Shown here: positions 39,869 to 47,792 of the stretch, in pieces
Position numbering within the stretch: the stretch's first letter is position 1
Layout of the letters: each line of letters opens with the position of its first letter
Source: a virus
Length of the DNA stretch: 64,000 bases
Reading direction: 5' to 3' (one strand)
IMG/VR virus record: IMGVR_UViG_3300037070_005035
Location: 4,261 to 68,260 of that record
Notes under the pieces: model-generated
Database searches by the model: none
What the model was told of the DNA's origin: nothing
Seen by the model: only the letters and a program-made list of their open reading frames with translations
Made by a program: the position numbers and the translations under genes

Positions 39869-40087
39869 ATGTCGATTGAAATGAATACAAGCGAAGAAGT
39901 TGAGTTGCTGAACGGCGAATGCTGGCGGGCAGTTTCCGTCTGGCACGGGAAAGGCGATTCTTGGTTAACCATCCAAAAAATAATCGACGGAATTGTCTTC
40001 ATCCGACAAGTTGAGAGATGTGACCTGAAACATCCAAGTCACTGTAATTTTATGCTCATTAATCTATGGGAACCCATGGACGAGTGA
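39869..40087 (+). CDS. Hypothetical protein
   Basis: Operon-packed ORF. Confidence 0.45.
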   Translation: MSIEMNTSEEVELLNGECWRAVSVWHGKGDSWLTIQKIIDGIVFIRQVERCDLKHPSHCNFMLINLWEPMDE

Positions 40088-40109
40088 AGCTAGGACAAGG
40101 AGCTGCGAA

Positions 40110-40334
40110 ATGGTATTCGCGTTTGTGTTTTTTGTGATTCTGATTGGCTCTTGGGCGGCCTGGGAATTTATTTCATCGCCAGTCGTCACTGATGATAGAT
40201 ATGAAGAATTCTCGACCCGACATGACATGACGCGACGAGACGAGACCGGACTAGGCGAGACGAGACCGGATGGGACAAGACAGGACGTGACGAGACAAGA
40301 CTTGATTTTTTCCGGAGATAACGACGCCGCATAA
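40110..40334 (+). CDS. Small single-TM protein whose reading frame runs through array 3
   Basis: AAGGAG RBS; hydrophobic N-terminus. Confidence 0.5.
   Translation: MVFAFVFFVILIGSWAAWEFISSPVVTDDRYEEFSTRHDMTRRDETGLGETRPDGTRQDVTRQDLIFSGDNDAA
40214..40308 (+). repeat. GAC-NN pentamer array 3 (19 units)
   Basis: NN = (TC) CC AT AT GC GA GA CG TA GA GA CG GG AA AG GT GA AA TT TT. Confidence 0.9.
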
Positions 40335-40452
40335 CTCGACCTGACTCGACAGGACATGACGGGACGCGACTTAACTGGACAAGACTCGATCAGACGTGAC
40401 TCGACCAGATGCGACAGGACCCGATGCGACAGGACCCGACAAGACTTGATTT
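40333..40452 (+). repeat. GAC-NN pentamer array 4 (24 units)
   Basis: NN = TC CT TC AG AT GG GC TT TG AA TC CA GT TC CA GC AG CC GC AG CC AA TT TT. Confidence 0.9.
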
Positions 40453-40470
40453 ATTTAGAAAGAGGCAAAA

Positions 40471-40803
40471 TTGATGGAAATGGGTATCGTGACAATCGAC
40501 GGGGCAATTCATGGCGAGCGAGGTGAAACACAAAGACTAATTGCCGATGAGGGCGTGCGGTGGATCTGCCTGCTGCTCAAAAAGAATGCCGACTACGGCT
40601 GCTCTATCTGGGACGAGCCAATGCTATGTCCAGGCATGTCGTCCTCGTCGGCAATCCTAGTACGGATGGGGGATAAGATCAATCGATTGAAATCGCTGAT
40701 GGCCACTCATGCCGAAGTATCTGATGAGTCGATCGACGACACGCTACGGGACCTGGGAGCGTACTGCCTACTGCTACTGGCCAATCCGAACAGGAATAAA
40801 TGA
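40471..40803 (+). CDS. DUF1599-like (nucleotide-modification-associated) protein
   Basis: KKNADYG...VRMGDKINRL...ESIDDTLRDLGAY. Confidence 0.75.
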   Translation: MMEMGIVTIDGAIHGERGETQRLIADEGVRWICLLLKKNADYGCSIWDEPMLCPGMSSSSAILVRMGDKINRLKSLMATHAEVSDESIDDTLRDLGAYCLLLLANPNRNK

Positions 40804-41027
40804 AAGGAAAGGTGAACATGAAGAACCTGCGCATTGAATTCCAGGAATACCGCCAAGCCTGTTACGGCGATCAGGAAATTTCTGATGGCCCACTCAGAGA
40901 GATCGAGCAGGCATTTCTATCAGGTATACACCTGGCGCTGAACCGGCCACTGCTGAAGCCGAACATGATCAGCATTCAGAAACAGATCAAAGCCCGCCTA
41001 CTTGAATTAGGAGCCATCACGAAATGA
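40800..41027 (+). CDS. Hypothetical protein
   Basis: ATGA-coupled ORF. Confidence 0.5.
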   Translation: MKGKVNMKNLRIEFQEYRQACYGDQEISDGPLREIEQAFLSGIHLALNRPLLKPNMISIQKQIKARLLELGAITK

Positions 41028-41581
41028 AACACGAAGTCGAACTAGGGAAGCTAATCGAATCGCTGCAGCAGCGGGACGCCGTGCATGTGGCAGTGGCGCC
41101 GGTAATGGCTGCTGAGGAACTGTATCCAGGTCAGCACATCGGTTTTGTGGAAGGAACGAATGAACAAGTCAGAGGAGTCGCGAGGCTGATTGGAGTCGTG
41201 GACCCATTTCTGGAAAATAATGTTTTACCCGGCCAGAGGTTCTGGATGTTCCTTTATCCAAATACAATCACTGGCCTGCGGCACGACTGGTCACATCCGG
41301 CATTCAATAGCGAGGCCAGCAATCCCACTGGCGATCTAAATTTCGATGCCGCCTGTATCGTGGCCAGGATGTGCGGCAAGACATACGAAGCCCTCATGGA
41401 CGACGCCTATCGATGCGTTGGCAATGGGACCAATAAGTACGGCGACTATATCATGGACAACTCCGAGCGGTACAAGGGCGTCGGATATGACTTGTGGAAA
41501 CAGTTCTGGAAACACTACGAGCAAGTCCATGATGTAAAGCTGGAAGAAGAATACGACGCGCCTTACACGTGCAGTTGCTAA
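41024..41581 (+). CDS. Conserved phage protein (RDAxHVAVAPV family)
   Basis: RDAVHVAVAPV...GVVDPFL...FLYPNTITGLRHDWSHPAF...CSC. Confidence 0.7.
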   Translation: MKHEVELGKLIESLQQRDAVHVAVAPVMAAEELYPGQHIGFVEGTNEQVRGVARLIGVVDPFLENNVLPGQRFWMFLYPNTITGLRHDWSHPAFNSEASNPTGDLNFDAACIVARMCGKTYEALMDDAYRCVGNGTNKYGDYIMDNSERYKGVGYDLWKQFWKHYEQVHDVKLEEEYDAPYTCSC

Positions 41582-41583
41582 AT

Positions 41584-41788
41584 GACCAGGCTCAACTCGA
41601 CATGACAAGACCGGACACGACAAGACTCGAATCGACTTGACGTGACAAGACCGGACTGGGCAAGACATGGCGAGACATGGCGCGATGCGATTAGACGCGA
41701 CGAGACAAGACACGACCCGACTCGACGAGGCCAGGTTAGACATGACTAGATTAGGCCAGACCCGACCCGACGAGACTTGACTTGATTT
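41584..41788 (+). repeat. GAC-NN pentamer array 5 (41 units)
   Basis: Uninterrupted 5-bp phase; ends GACTTGACTTGATTT. Confidence 0.9.
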
Positions 41789-41812
41789 TTTTGAAAGGGG
41801 ACACATGAAACA

Positions 41813-41902
41813 AACCTGACAAGACTAGACGAGACGCGACAGGACAAGACAGGACCCGACTGGACTAGTTTCGATTTGATCTGATCTGACAAGACTTGAT
41901 TT
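41813..41902 (+). repeat. GAC-NN pentamer array 6 (18 units), directly upstream of RAMP-like gene
   Basis: NN = CT AA TA GA GC AG AA AG CC TG TA TC TT CT CT AA TT TT. Confidence 0.9.
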
Positions 41903-41921
41903 TTTTCAAAAGGAAAACCAA

Positions 41922-42497
41922 ATGAAAGCCGCGACTGTATTATTGAAAAGCTTACCGGGCAGCGAACTATTCTTCGGCAAGCCCAAGACCTCCAAGAAGC
42001 TGGCCAACGAGACGCACGACCAATTCGACCAGAGGACTTGGAAGGAATCGGTATCGCACCACGAAGGCAAGCTGTTTATCCAGCCATTCGCTTTGAAGAA
42101 CGGTCTGGAGTCATCAGCAAAATGGCTATCGATACCGATTCCCGGCGAGGGGAAGAAGACATTCACGAAGCGTTTCGTGAGCGGAATCCTGGTCGTCGAT
42201 AAGCTGTGGCTGACAGACGACACGGGCAAGGCATTGACCATGGAGGACGTGGAACCGCTATCGCTATTCGTCCCCTCCGATGGTGTACGCGGAAGCGGCA
42301 AGCGGGTATTTAGGATCTTCCCTTCCGTCAAGTCATGGATGGCTTACGCGGAAATTCATGTTATTGATCAGAAGATCGATAAAAAAATTCTAGAGGAGCA
42401 CCTGACGTGCTGCGGCAATTTCGTTGGATTCGGCTCGATGCGAGCGCAGAATGGCGGGATCAACGGACGATTCTCGATTGAAGAATTGCAGTTTTAA
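41922..42497 (+). CDS. Stand-alone RAMP/Cas7-like RNA-binding protein, putative effector of the pentamer arrays
   Basis: beta1 ATVLLKSL; LFIQPFALKNGL (like Cas7 xIPxxxxKGxxR); C-terminal Gly loop GNFVGFGSMRAQNGGINGRF; arrays on both sides. Confidence 0.75.
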   Translation: MKAATVLLKSLPGSELFFGKPKTSKKLANETHDQFDQRTWKESVSHHEGKLFIQPFALKNGLESSAKWLSIPIPGEGKKTFTKRFVSGILVVDKLWLTDDTGKALTMEDVEPLSLFVPSDGVRGSGKRVFRIFPSVKSWMAYAEIHVIDQKIDKKILEEHLTCCGNFVGFGSMRAQNGGINGRFSIEELQF

Positions 42498-42580
42498 CCT
42501 GACGCGACACGGCATGACCAGACATGACATGACGAGACGCGACAAGACATGACGAGACCGGACGCGACAAGACTTGATTT
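42496..42580 (+). repeat. GAC-NN pentamer array 7 (17 units)
   Basis: NN = CT GC AC AT CA AT AT GA GC AA AT GA CG GC AA TT TT. Confidence 0.9.
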
Positions 42581-42588
42581 TACAAATC

Positions 42589-42723
42589 AACACGACAAGA
42601 CGAGACGCGACACGATAGGACAACACAAGACCGGACTCGACGGGACGTAACTGGACTGGATCGAACTAGACATGACCCGGCTCGACCTGATTCGACAGGA
42701 CAACACCTGACAAGACTTGATTT
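42589..42723 (+). repeat. GAC-NN pentamer array 8 (27 units)
   Basis: NN = AC AA GA GC AC AG AA AA CG TC GG GT TG TG CG TA AT CC TC CT TC AG AA CT AA TT TT. Confidence 0.9.
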
Positions 42724-42745
42724 TCAACCTACAGGATAAAAAAGC

Positions 42746-43267
42746 ATGGAATCATATTCATTTCGACACGGATTGCATCACTCAACCTCGCTGGCCATCG
42801 ACCTGCTGGAAAAAGGCAAGCCGGGCGACACGATCGACCGGTCGCGGATGGCTGAGCAGATCGGCGAGCCGTGTGAATGCGGCGAGGTTGGCTATCAGCA
42901 CGTGCGGAGCGCGATCAATCACGTACTGAACCGATCGGGGGTGGCCTGGGAATGGGACAGGAATTTGAAAGTCTGGCTATGCCTGGACGATCCGCAGCGC
43001 GTGAACAGCCACTCCAGAACCAATAAGGCGGTATCCAGGAAGGCCCGCAAGGGGCTGCGGCTGGCATCCACGATTAATACGAAAAAGCTATCCAACGACG
43101 AGCGGCGCGACCATCAACTGAATATCGTATCCGGCTCGCTTTCGGTGGCGGCGATTTCGTCGCCATTCAGGACACGATTGGCCAATAGTGGAGTAGGAGA
43201 CAGGTTGCTGAATACCGACCAGCTCGCCAATCAACTGGCGGCGATGCTGTCCAATGGCTCAACCTGA
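42746..43267 (+). CDS. Hypothetical basic helical protein, candidate partner of RAMP-like protein
   Basis: 173 aa, wHTH-like N-half, between arrays 8 and 9. Confidence 0.6.
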   Translation: MESYSFRHGLHHSTSLAIDLLEKGKPGDTIDRSRMAEQIGEPCECGEVGYQHVRSAINHVLNRSGVAWEWDRNLKVWLCLDDPQRVNSHSRTNKAVSRKARKGLRLASTINTKKLSNDERRDHQLNIVSGSLSVAAISSPFRTRLANSGVGDRLLNTDQLANQLAAMLSNGST

Positions 43268-43465
43268 CCGGACTGGACATGACATGACTCGATTTGACAA
43301 GACTCGACAGGACGAGACTCGGTAGGACATGACAAGACTGGACGCAACACGACGTGACGGGACAAGACATGACTTGATGAGGCGCGACTGGACTTGACTC
43401 GACCTGATAAGACCGGATGCGACACGGTGAGACTTGACGAGACTTGACTAGACAAGACTTGATTT
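43261..43465 (+). repeat. GAC-NN pentamer array 9 (41 units)
   Basis: Uninterrupted 5-bp phase; ends GACAAGACTTGATTT. Confidence 0.9.
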
Positions 43466-43489
43466 TTTCAAAACGAAAGGAACAAACAA

Positions 43490-43705
43490 ATGGCTTGCCA
43501 AACATGCGATCACACGATGCAAGGAATATCACGAGTGTTTTGGTGTCCGCGCTGCGGAACAATCAAGATGCCTGGCTCGGCACCTGAATTCGAAGCCCCT
43601 TCGATCGTTGACAGAGTCCATGCATTCATGAAGTACGCCAAAGTTGATGGATCAGATCCGTTCGTGGAAAGCATCTACAGGTCACTGGTGGAGTGCGTTG
43701 GATGA
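43490..43705 (+). CDS. Small Zn-ribbon protein
   Basis: CQTC...WCPRCG; AAGGA RBS. Confidence 0.6.
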   Translation: MACQTCDHTMQGISRVFWCPRCGTIKMPGSAPEFEAPSIVDRVHAFMKYAKVDGSDPFVESIYRSLVECVG

Positions 43706-43714
43706 AATAATCCA

Positions 43715-43794
43715 GACATGACATGGCACGTCACGACTCGACATGACAGGACCCAACATGACGGGACGAGCCCTGACAAGACAAGACTTGATTT
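43715..43794 (+). repeat. GAC-NN pentamer array 10 (16 units)
   Basis: NN = AT AT AC AC TC AT AG CC AT GG GA CT AA AA TT TT. Confidence 0.88.
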
Positions 43795-43813
43795 TTTATT
43801 GAAAGAACACCCG

Positions 43814-44167
43814 TTGAATACGGCAATCAAAATAATCGGAAGCCAAAGTGCTGAGCGACTGGCCGCGATCCGTGGACCGATCCGACCCATTTGGATAAGT
43901 GATCAAGAATTAGAAATCATGATTCAGTGTTTGCAGCCAAGCCCAACCGACATCGACTTCCTGGCTGAGCGGAATATCCGATGGTCAGGGTCTATGTTGG
44001 AATCATTGAAGCGGGAGCAGGAGCTACGCAGGAGTAAGAAGTTGATCCACGACCTGGGAGGGAAGCTGCAATACCAGCTAAAGGCCCATGTCGACACAAC
44101 GGACACTGTTAAGGAGATCTTAAGTGCCCAGGAAAGAATTAACGCTATCGAATCATCAGCCATCTAA
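43814..44167 (+). CDS. Hypothetical protein
   Basis: Start placed at TTG 43814 after array 10 (track start 43718 lies inside the array). Confidence 0.5.
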   Translation: MNTAIKIIGSQSAERLAAIRGPIRPIWISDQELEIMIQCLQPSPTDIDFLAERNIRWSGSMLESLKREQELRRSKKLIHDLGGKLQYQLKAHVDTTDTVKEILSAQERINAIESSAI

Positions 44168-45029
44168 AGTCGACTTGGCCTGGATGCCGCCTGGCAAGCG
44201 GACTCGGCTGGGAGAGATCTCAAGCAGGCTAAAGGAGAATGATATTCAAGGGGCCAGGTGGCTAATCATCAAAGCGGAGCTGGTTGCGGAAGCAAAGGGG
44301 ATTTTCGATGCCCACTCAGGCAAGACGGAAACCTGGGGTGGCTGGTGTGAGCAGAATGATATGGATCGCAGTTTATCGTACCATCTGATATCGATTTGGG
44401 AGAGATTTTCCACCGCCAGTGGGCTGCTGGAGAATTTCAGCGTATCGGCCATTCGGCATCTGGGGGTGTGTAGCTCGGACCAGCCGGCCAAGCATGCCAT
44501 CATATTGGCCACGGATGGCGAGTTCGTTTCATTTTCAACGGCCAAGCAGATTGTATCCAAGTGGACGGAAGGCGGAGCGGCGGCGATGAGCCAAGCTGCT
44601 GATGATGACGAAGCGGACGAGGCGCCAGTTAGTAGCGCCCCCGCCGCTCCGCGGCAACTCCTTCCTGGAGGAAATGATAGTCCTGGGGGAGGCGGGCGGG
44701 AGCCGGTGCGGTCTGCCGGAGGAGGCAGGGAATCGGCGCCGGCCATTAACCGTGGCACGACCGTTTCGTACACACCAGCGACGACTGCAAAACCAATCAA
44801 GGAATCCTGCATAGGCAAGGAATTCAATCCGATCAATCAAATCATACGTGCGAAGGAAAAGATCAACCAACTAATGCGGATTCTGGATGAAGAGGATCTA
44901 AAGCCGACATTAGGCCAGAGGTGGAACGCCGGACTTGTGAATCTCTGCGATCAATTACTTAAATCATTGGGAGACGCGGAGAAAAATGTCTATCGAAAAC
45001 TCGAACAACGGCAGGGGAAAAGAAATTGA
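44124..45029 (+). CDS. DUF3102-like DNA-binding protein
   Basis: LVAEAK...TWGGWCEQN-MDRSLSYHLISIWERF helical domain, disordered linker. Confidence 0.55.
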   Translation: MPRKELTLSNHQPSKVDLAWMPPGKRTRLGEISSRLKENDIQGARWLIIKAELVAEAKGIFDAHSGKTETWGGWCEQNDMDRSLSYHLISIWERFSTASGLLENFSVSAIRHLGVCSSDQPAKHAIILATDGEFVSFSTAKQIVSKWTEGGAAAMSQAADDDEADEAPVSSAPAAPRQLLPGGNDSPGGGGREPVRSAGGGRESAPAINRGTTVSYTPATTAKPIKESCIGKEFNPINQIIRAKEKINQLMRILDEEDLKPTLGQRWNAGLVNLCDQLLKSLGDAEKNVYRKLEQRQGKRN

Positions 45030-45039
45030 TTTTAGGTCC

Positions 45040-45222
45040 ATGATAGCCCGTGAGCTGAAGCGCCAAGAAAAGAGCGTGACTTGGTTGGCCCAACAGGGTG
45101 GGTGTCCACATCGAAATAGCATTTATCGATTTCTGCGCAAGGAGCGGGACGTGAGATCAGCGTCATTGGCGGCGATGCTGCGAGCCCTGGGACTTCACAT
45201 GATCGGACAATATGGAAAATGA
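45040..45222 (+). CDS. Cro/XRE-like HTH protein
   Basis: SVTWLAQQGGCPHRNSIYRFLRKERD...LAAMLRALGL; start may be 44986. Confidence 0.7.
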   Translation: MIARELKRQEKSVTWLAQQGGCPHRNSIYRFLRKERDVRSASLAAMLRALGLHMIGQYGK

Positions 45223-45227
45223 CAGAT

Positions 45228-45312
45228 AACATCACGCGACTAGACCGGACTAGACATGACGAGATTTGACCGGACTGGATGGGACCAGACGAGACGCCAC
45301 AAGACTTGATTT
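45228..45312 (+). repeat. GAC-NN pentamer array 11 (17 units)
   Basis: NN = AT GC TA CG TA AT GA TT CG TG GG CA GA GC AA TT TT. Confidence 0.88.
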
Positions 45313-45323
45313 ACATTTGAGAC

Positions 45324-45498
45324 AACCCGACGCGACTCGGCACGACCAGAAGCGACTTGACAGGACGAGACCTGACTAGACAAGACTTGACTAGACCGGA
45401 CGAGACAAGACTGGACTGGACTTGACCAGACGTGACCTGATGGGACTAGGTCTGGCCCGACAAGATGCGACCAGACGAGACGCCACAAGACTTGATTT
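45324..45498 (+). repeat. GAC-NN pentamer array 12 (35 units)
   Basis: Shares 3' end GACCAGACGAGACGCCACAAGACTTGATTTAC with array 11. Confidence 0.9.
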
Positions 45499-45501
45499 AC
45501 C

Positions 45502-45744
45502 ATGGAGCTTGCAATGGATTTCCTGGCTGACCTCCGCACCAAGCGTGATCAATTGATATTTGACGACTGGATGGGAGATCGATACGGCATCCTGGTCCGG
45601 CCAGACAGTAGCCTGCCGGACTGGGGTGCCAGGCTGGAAAGCCACGGAGTGGCCGTGGGAGTGGAGGCACATCGATCACTGCTGGAGTACCAGGAGTTCA
45701 TCCGCAAAGGCCGCTGCTCGATCTCGGATGCCGAGCTGAATTAG
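45502..45744 (+). CDS. Hypothetical protein
   Basis: ORF directly after array 12. Confidence 0.5.
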   Translation: MELAMDFLADLRTKRDQLIFDDWMGDRYGILVRPDSSLPDWGARLESHGVAVGVEAHRSLLEYQEFIRKGRCSISDAELN

Positions 45745-45748
45745 GGCC

Positions 45749-45943
45749 ATGCCTAAGCGGAAAGAAATAGATTGGGCTCACTGCATCATGTGCGGCATGC
45801 CGAGAGTATTTTCCGAAGACCCTGACTTGTGCGCTTTGTGTTGGTTTGGATGCCAACCCGACGAGATCGCCAATCTTATGACCATCGAATCCGATTGGAC
45901 TCCAGAACAGGATGCGGAACCGGGATGGCTCGACGAACGATAA
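45749..45943 (+). CDS. Small Zn-finger protein
   Basis: CIMC...CALC. Confidence 0.5.
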   Translation: MPKRKEIDWAHCIMCGMPRVFSEDPDLCALCWFGCQPDEIANLMTIESDWTPEQDAEPGWLDER

Positions 45944-46236
45944 AACACAAGCCAAGAACCGTCAATTCACCGCAATACCGCCATTCAGATGGATCGGTGA
46001 ATACATTGTTTGACGCCTTGTTGGACTTCGAATCAGATCAGCACTTCCGCCCACGCCGTACCAAGCCCACCGATGCCCCGCCTGGCACACCGGAAAAGAT
46101 CTCCGTGCTCTCCACTCGCCTCGAGCGCGGCGAGGAGCTGCACCACGAGAATGATTACCGCTACCCGACTCCGCCGCATTGGATGATGATCATCCAGGAT
46201 ATCGAAGATGAAGTATTTCAGCAGAAAATGAGGTAA
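45829..46236 (+). CDS. Hypothetical protein (PTxAxPGxxEK...LHHxxD motif); start uncertain
   Basis: PTDAPPGTPEKISVLSTRLERGEELHHEND, a motif I associate with planctomycete proteins. Confidence 0.5.
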   Translation: MRFVLVWMPTRRDRQSYDHRIRLDSRTGCGTGMARRTIKHKPRTVNSPQYRHSDGSVNTLFDALLDFESDQHFRPRRTKPTDAPPGTPEKISVLSTRLERGEELHHENDYRYPTPPHWMMIIQDIEDEVFQQKMR

Positions 46237-46237
46237 A

Positions 46238-46262
46238 AGTTGTGGAACAGTATTCCACAACT
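46238..46262. promoter_or_regulatory. Palindrome AGTTGTGGAA-N5-TTCCACAACT (operator copy 5)
   Basis: Between convergent transcription units. Confidence 0.6.
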
Positions 46263-46272
46263 AACGAAAGGG

Positions 46273-46337
46273 AAATCAAGTCTTGTCGCGTCCTGTCGAG
46301 TCAAATCGGGTCTTGTCGTATCCTGTCAAGTCGCGTC
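46273..46337 (-). repeat. GAC-NN pentamer array 13 (13 units), minus strand
   Basis: NN = GC TT AG AC AA CC TT TC AG GC AA TT TT; follows minus-strand gene 46366-46848. Confidence 0.88.
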
Positions 46338-46365
46338 TTAATTCAGTCAACGTTGCGTCAGCGCG

Positions 46366-46848
46366 CTATTCTCCCCACGTACTTGGTTCCTGCAGTAAAT
46401 CCAGCAGTAGTTTCAACCTAGGATCACGCTTGGCCGGCTGCGCTGCCAACCAGATTAAATACTCACGATCAATGGCCATGACTTCGGCTACTGATTTTCC
46501 TTTGTACTTGCCAAACCAGAATTTTAGCTCGTCGCCATTAGGAGCAACATTCGAATCAGCTAGCTCGAAATTACCACTTGCTCGTGCGCGACGGCCAAGA
46601 TCGCGATCATTGTATTTCGACCAATCATCACGCGGCATCTCAGCGTTCCCTTGCCGCATCCCAATACGTCTCATACGCTTCGTACAAACATCACGTACAT
46701 CGATCGCATCCCTACATCGCTTCCAAATCCGTCTCGCGCCCCGAACCCCAAGCTCGCCGAAGACCGTCGAAGCTGGTACCAACTTTCCGACTTGGAAGGC
46801 GCGGGCAACCAGCGTGAGTCGTGTCGTTTCCACTGTTATTTTCTGCAA
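46366..46848 (-). CDS. Protein with DUF3820/ExoX-C-like domain
   Basis: FWFGKYKGKSVAEV...REYLIWL. Confidence 0.7.
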   Translation of the reverse strand: MQKITVETTRLTLVARAFQVGKLVPASTVFGELGVRGARRIWKRCRDAIDVRDVCTKRMRRIGMRQGNAEMPRDDWSKYNDRDLGRRARASGNFELADSNVAPNGDELKFWFGKYKGKSVAEVMAIDREYLIWLAAQPAKRDPRLKLLLDLLQEPSTWGE

Positions 46849-47200
46849 TTAGGCAATTGCTAGCATAAAGGGGGCCTAGGAAATAATGTGTAAGTCTTAG
46901 CCAGATGGCCCTTTGGCCCCTTATTACCGTCCTAACGAGAACGGGCGAGTGCCGCGACCCCTGCGGTCGAAGTTATCTTCGGTTCACCCGGCCTAGATCA
47001 TGTCATCGTGCCGGTTGTGCATGACTGGCCGGCTTGCCAAGCCAGCGCTTACAGCCAAGAATTTCATATTGCCAGGCGACCGAACCACCAGCGACCTGGC
47101 AATAATCTTTTCACAGCCGTTGTTAGTCATGCTCTCGCGCTACCACCGAGCTACTAATTACACCGGGAATTCTAACTGTACACGCTTCCCGGACGCGCAT

Positions 47201-47355
47201 TAAAAAACCCCCAGCTTTTGAGGGCTGAGGGCTGTTTTTGCGTTGTACACGGCCACGTGCAAGGACGCAAAGCTTCAAATTGTACATGTCGCCATCCTTG
47301 TGATGTGGCCGTGTCTTCCTGACAGAATCTTATCTCACCTTCACCATCGCGTCAA
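47201..47355 (-). ncRNA. Putative ~120-nt small RNA or attenuator with own promoter and terminator
   Basis: TTGACG (47355-47350)-17 bp-TAAGAT (47332-47327); long hairpin 47314-47247; CCCTCAGC/GCTGGGGG stem then T6. Confidence 0.5.
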
Positions 47356-47529
47356 CTTTCCTCTTGTAAAATTTCACGAACATTTCAGATAATCAATCTT
47401 AACCGCCCGCGTGGGCGGTTAGCTGTGCCCGCAGCGGAGGTCGATTAGTTTGCCCCATCGGCCTCCAATTTTTCCATCAAAAGCGAAATTACCATCGAAA
47501 TAGATCGCCGTCTAGTTTTTGGTGAATAA

Positions 47530-47758
47530 TTAAATTTCGTTTCTGTCTAGGCATATTTCAACGACTTTTCGGCACATTTCAATGTCAAAGAAGCCGATGT
47601 AACAATCACCAACTGGTATTTCTAACTGACGTGCGAGCCAGGACTTAGCGGCACGCCGATCTTCTATATCACCAAAGCTCCAGATCCTGTCGAACGCGGC
47701 AATTGCCCTCTTTCTGGCTCCATCAAGCACCATCTCTTGACCAAATTCGCACATGCAC
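47530..47758 (-). CDS. DUF3268 C-terminal-like protein
   Basis: RKRAIAAFDRIW...AKSWLARQLEI...CYIGFFDIEMC. Confidence 0.65.
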
Positions 47759-47792
47759 ATTGATAGATTTCCTTTGACATTCGGTTGAAAGT

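Noticed and set aside
41584-46337. Target assignments for arrays 5, 6, 12 and 13
   Set aside because: Only sparse matches to neighbouring genes (e.g. 7 of 36 for array 5); not distinguishable from chance by eye
38165-46852. Track ORFs rich in SRLV/SCRV or TRHD (e.g. 38165-38428, 41336-41806, 43167-43562, 45240-45542, 46283-46852)
   Set aside because: Shadow translations of the pentamer arrays; 5-bp periodicity gives pseudo-repeat peptides without RBS support
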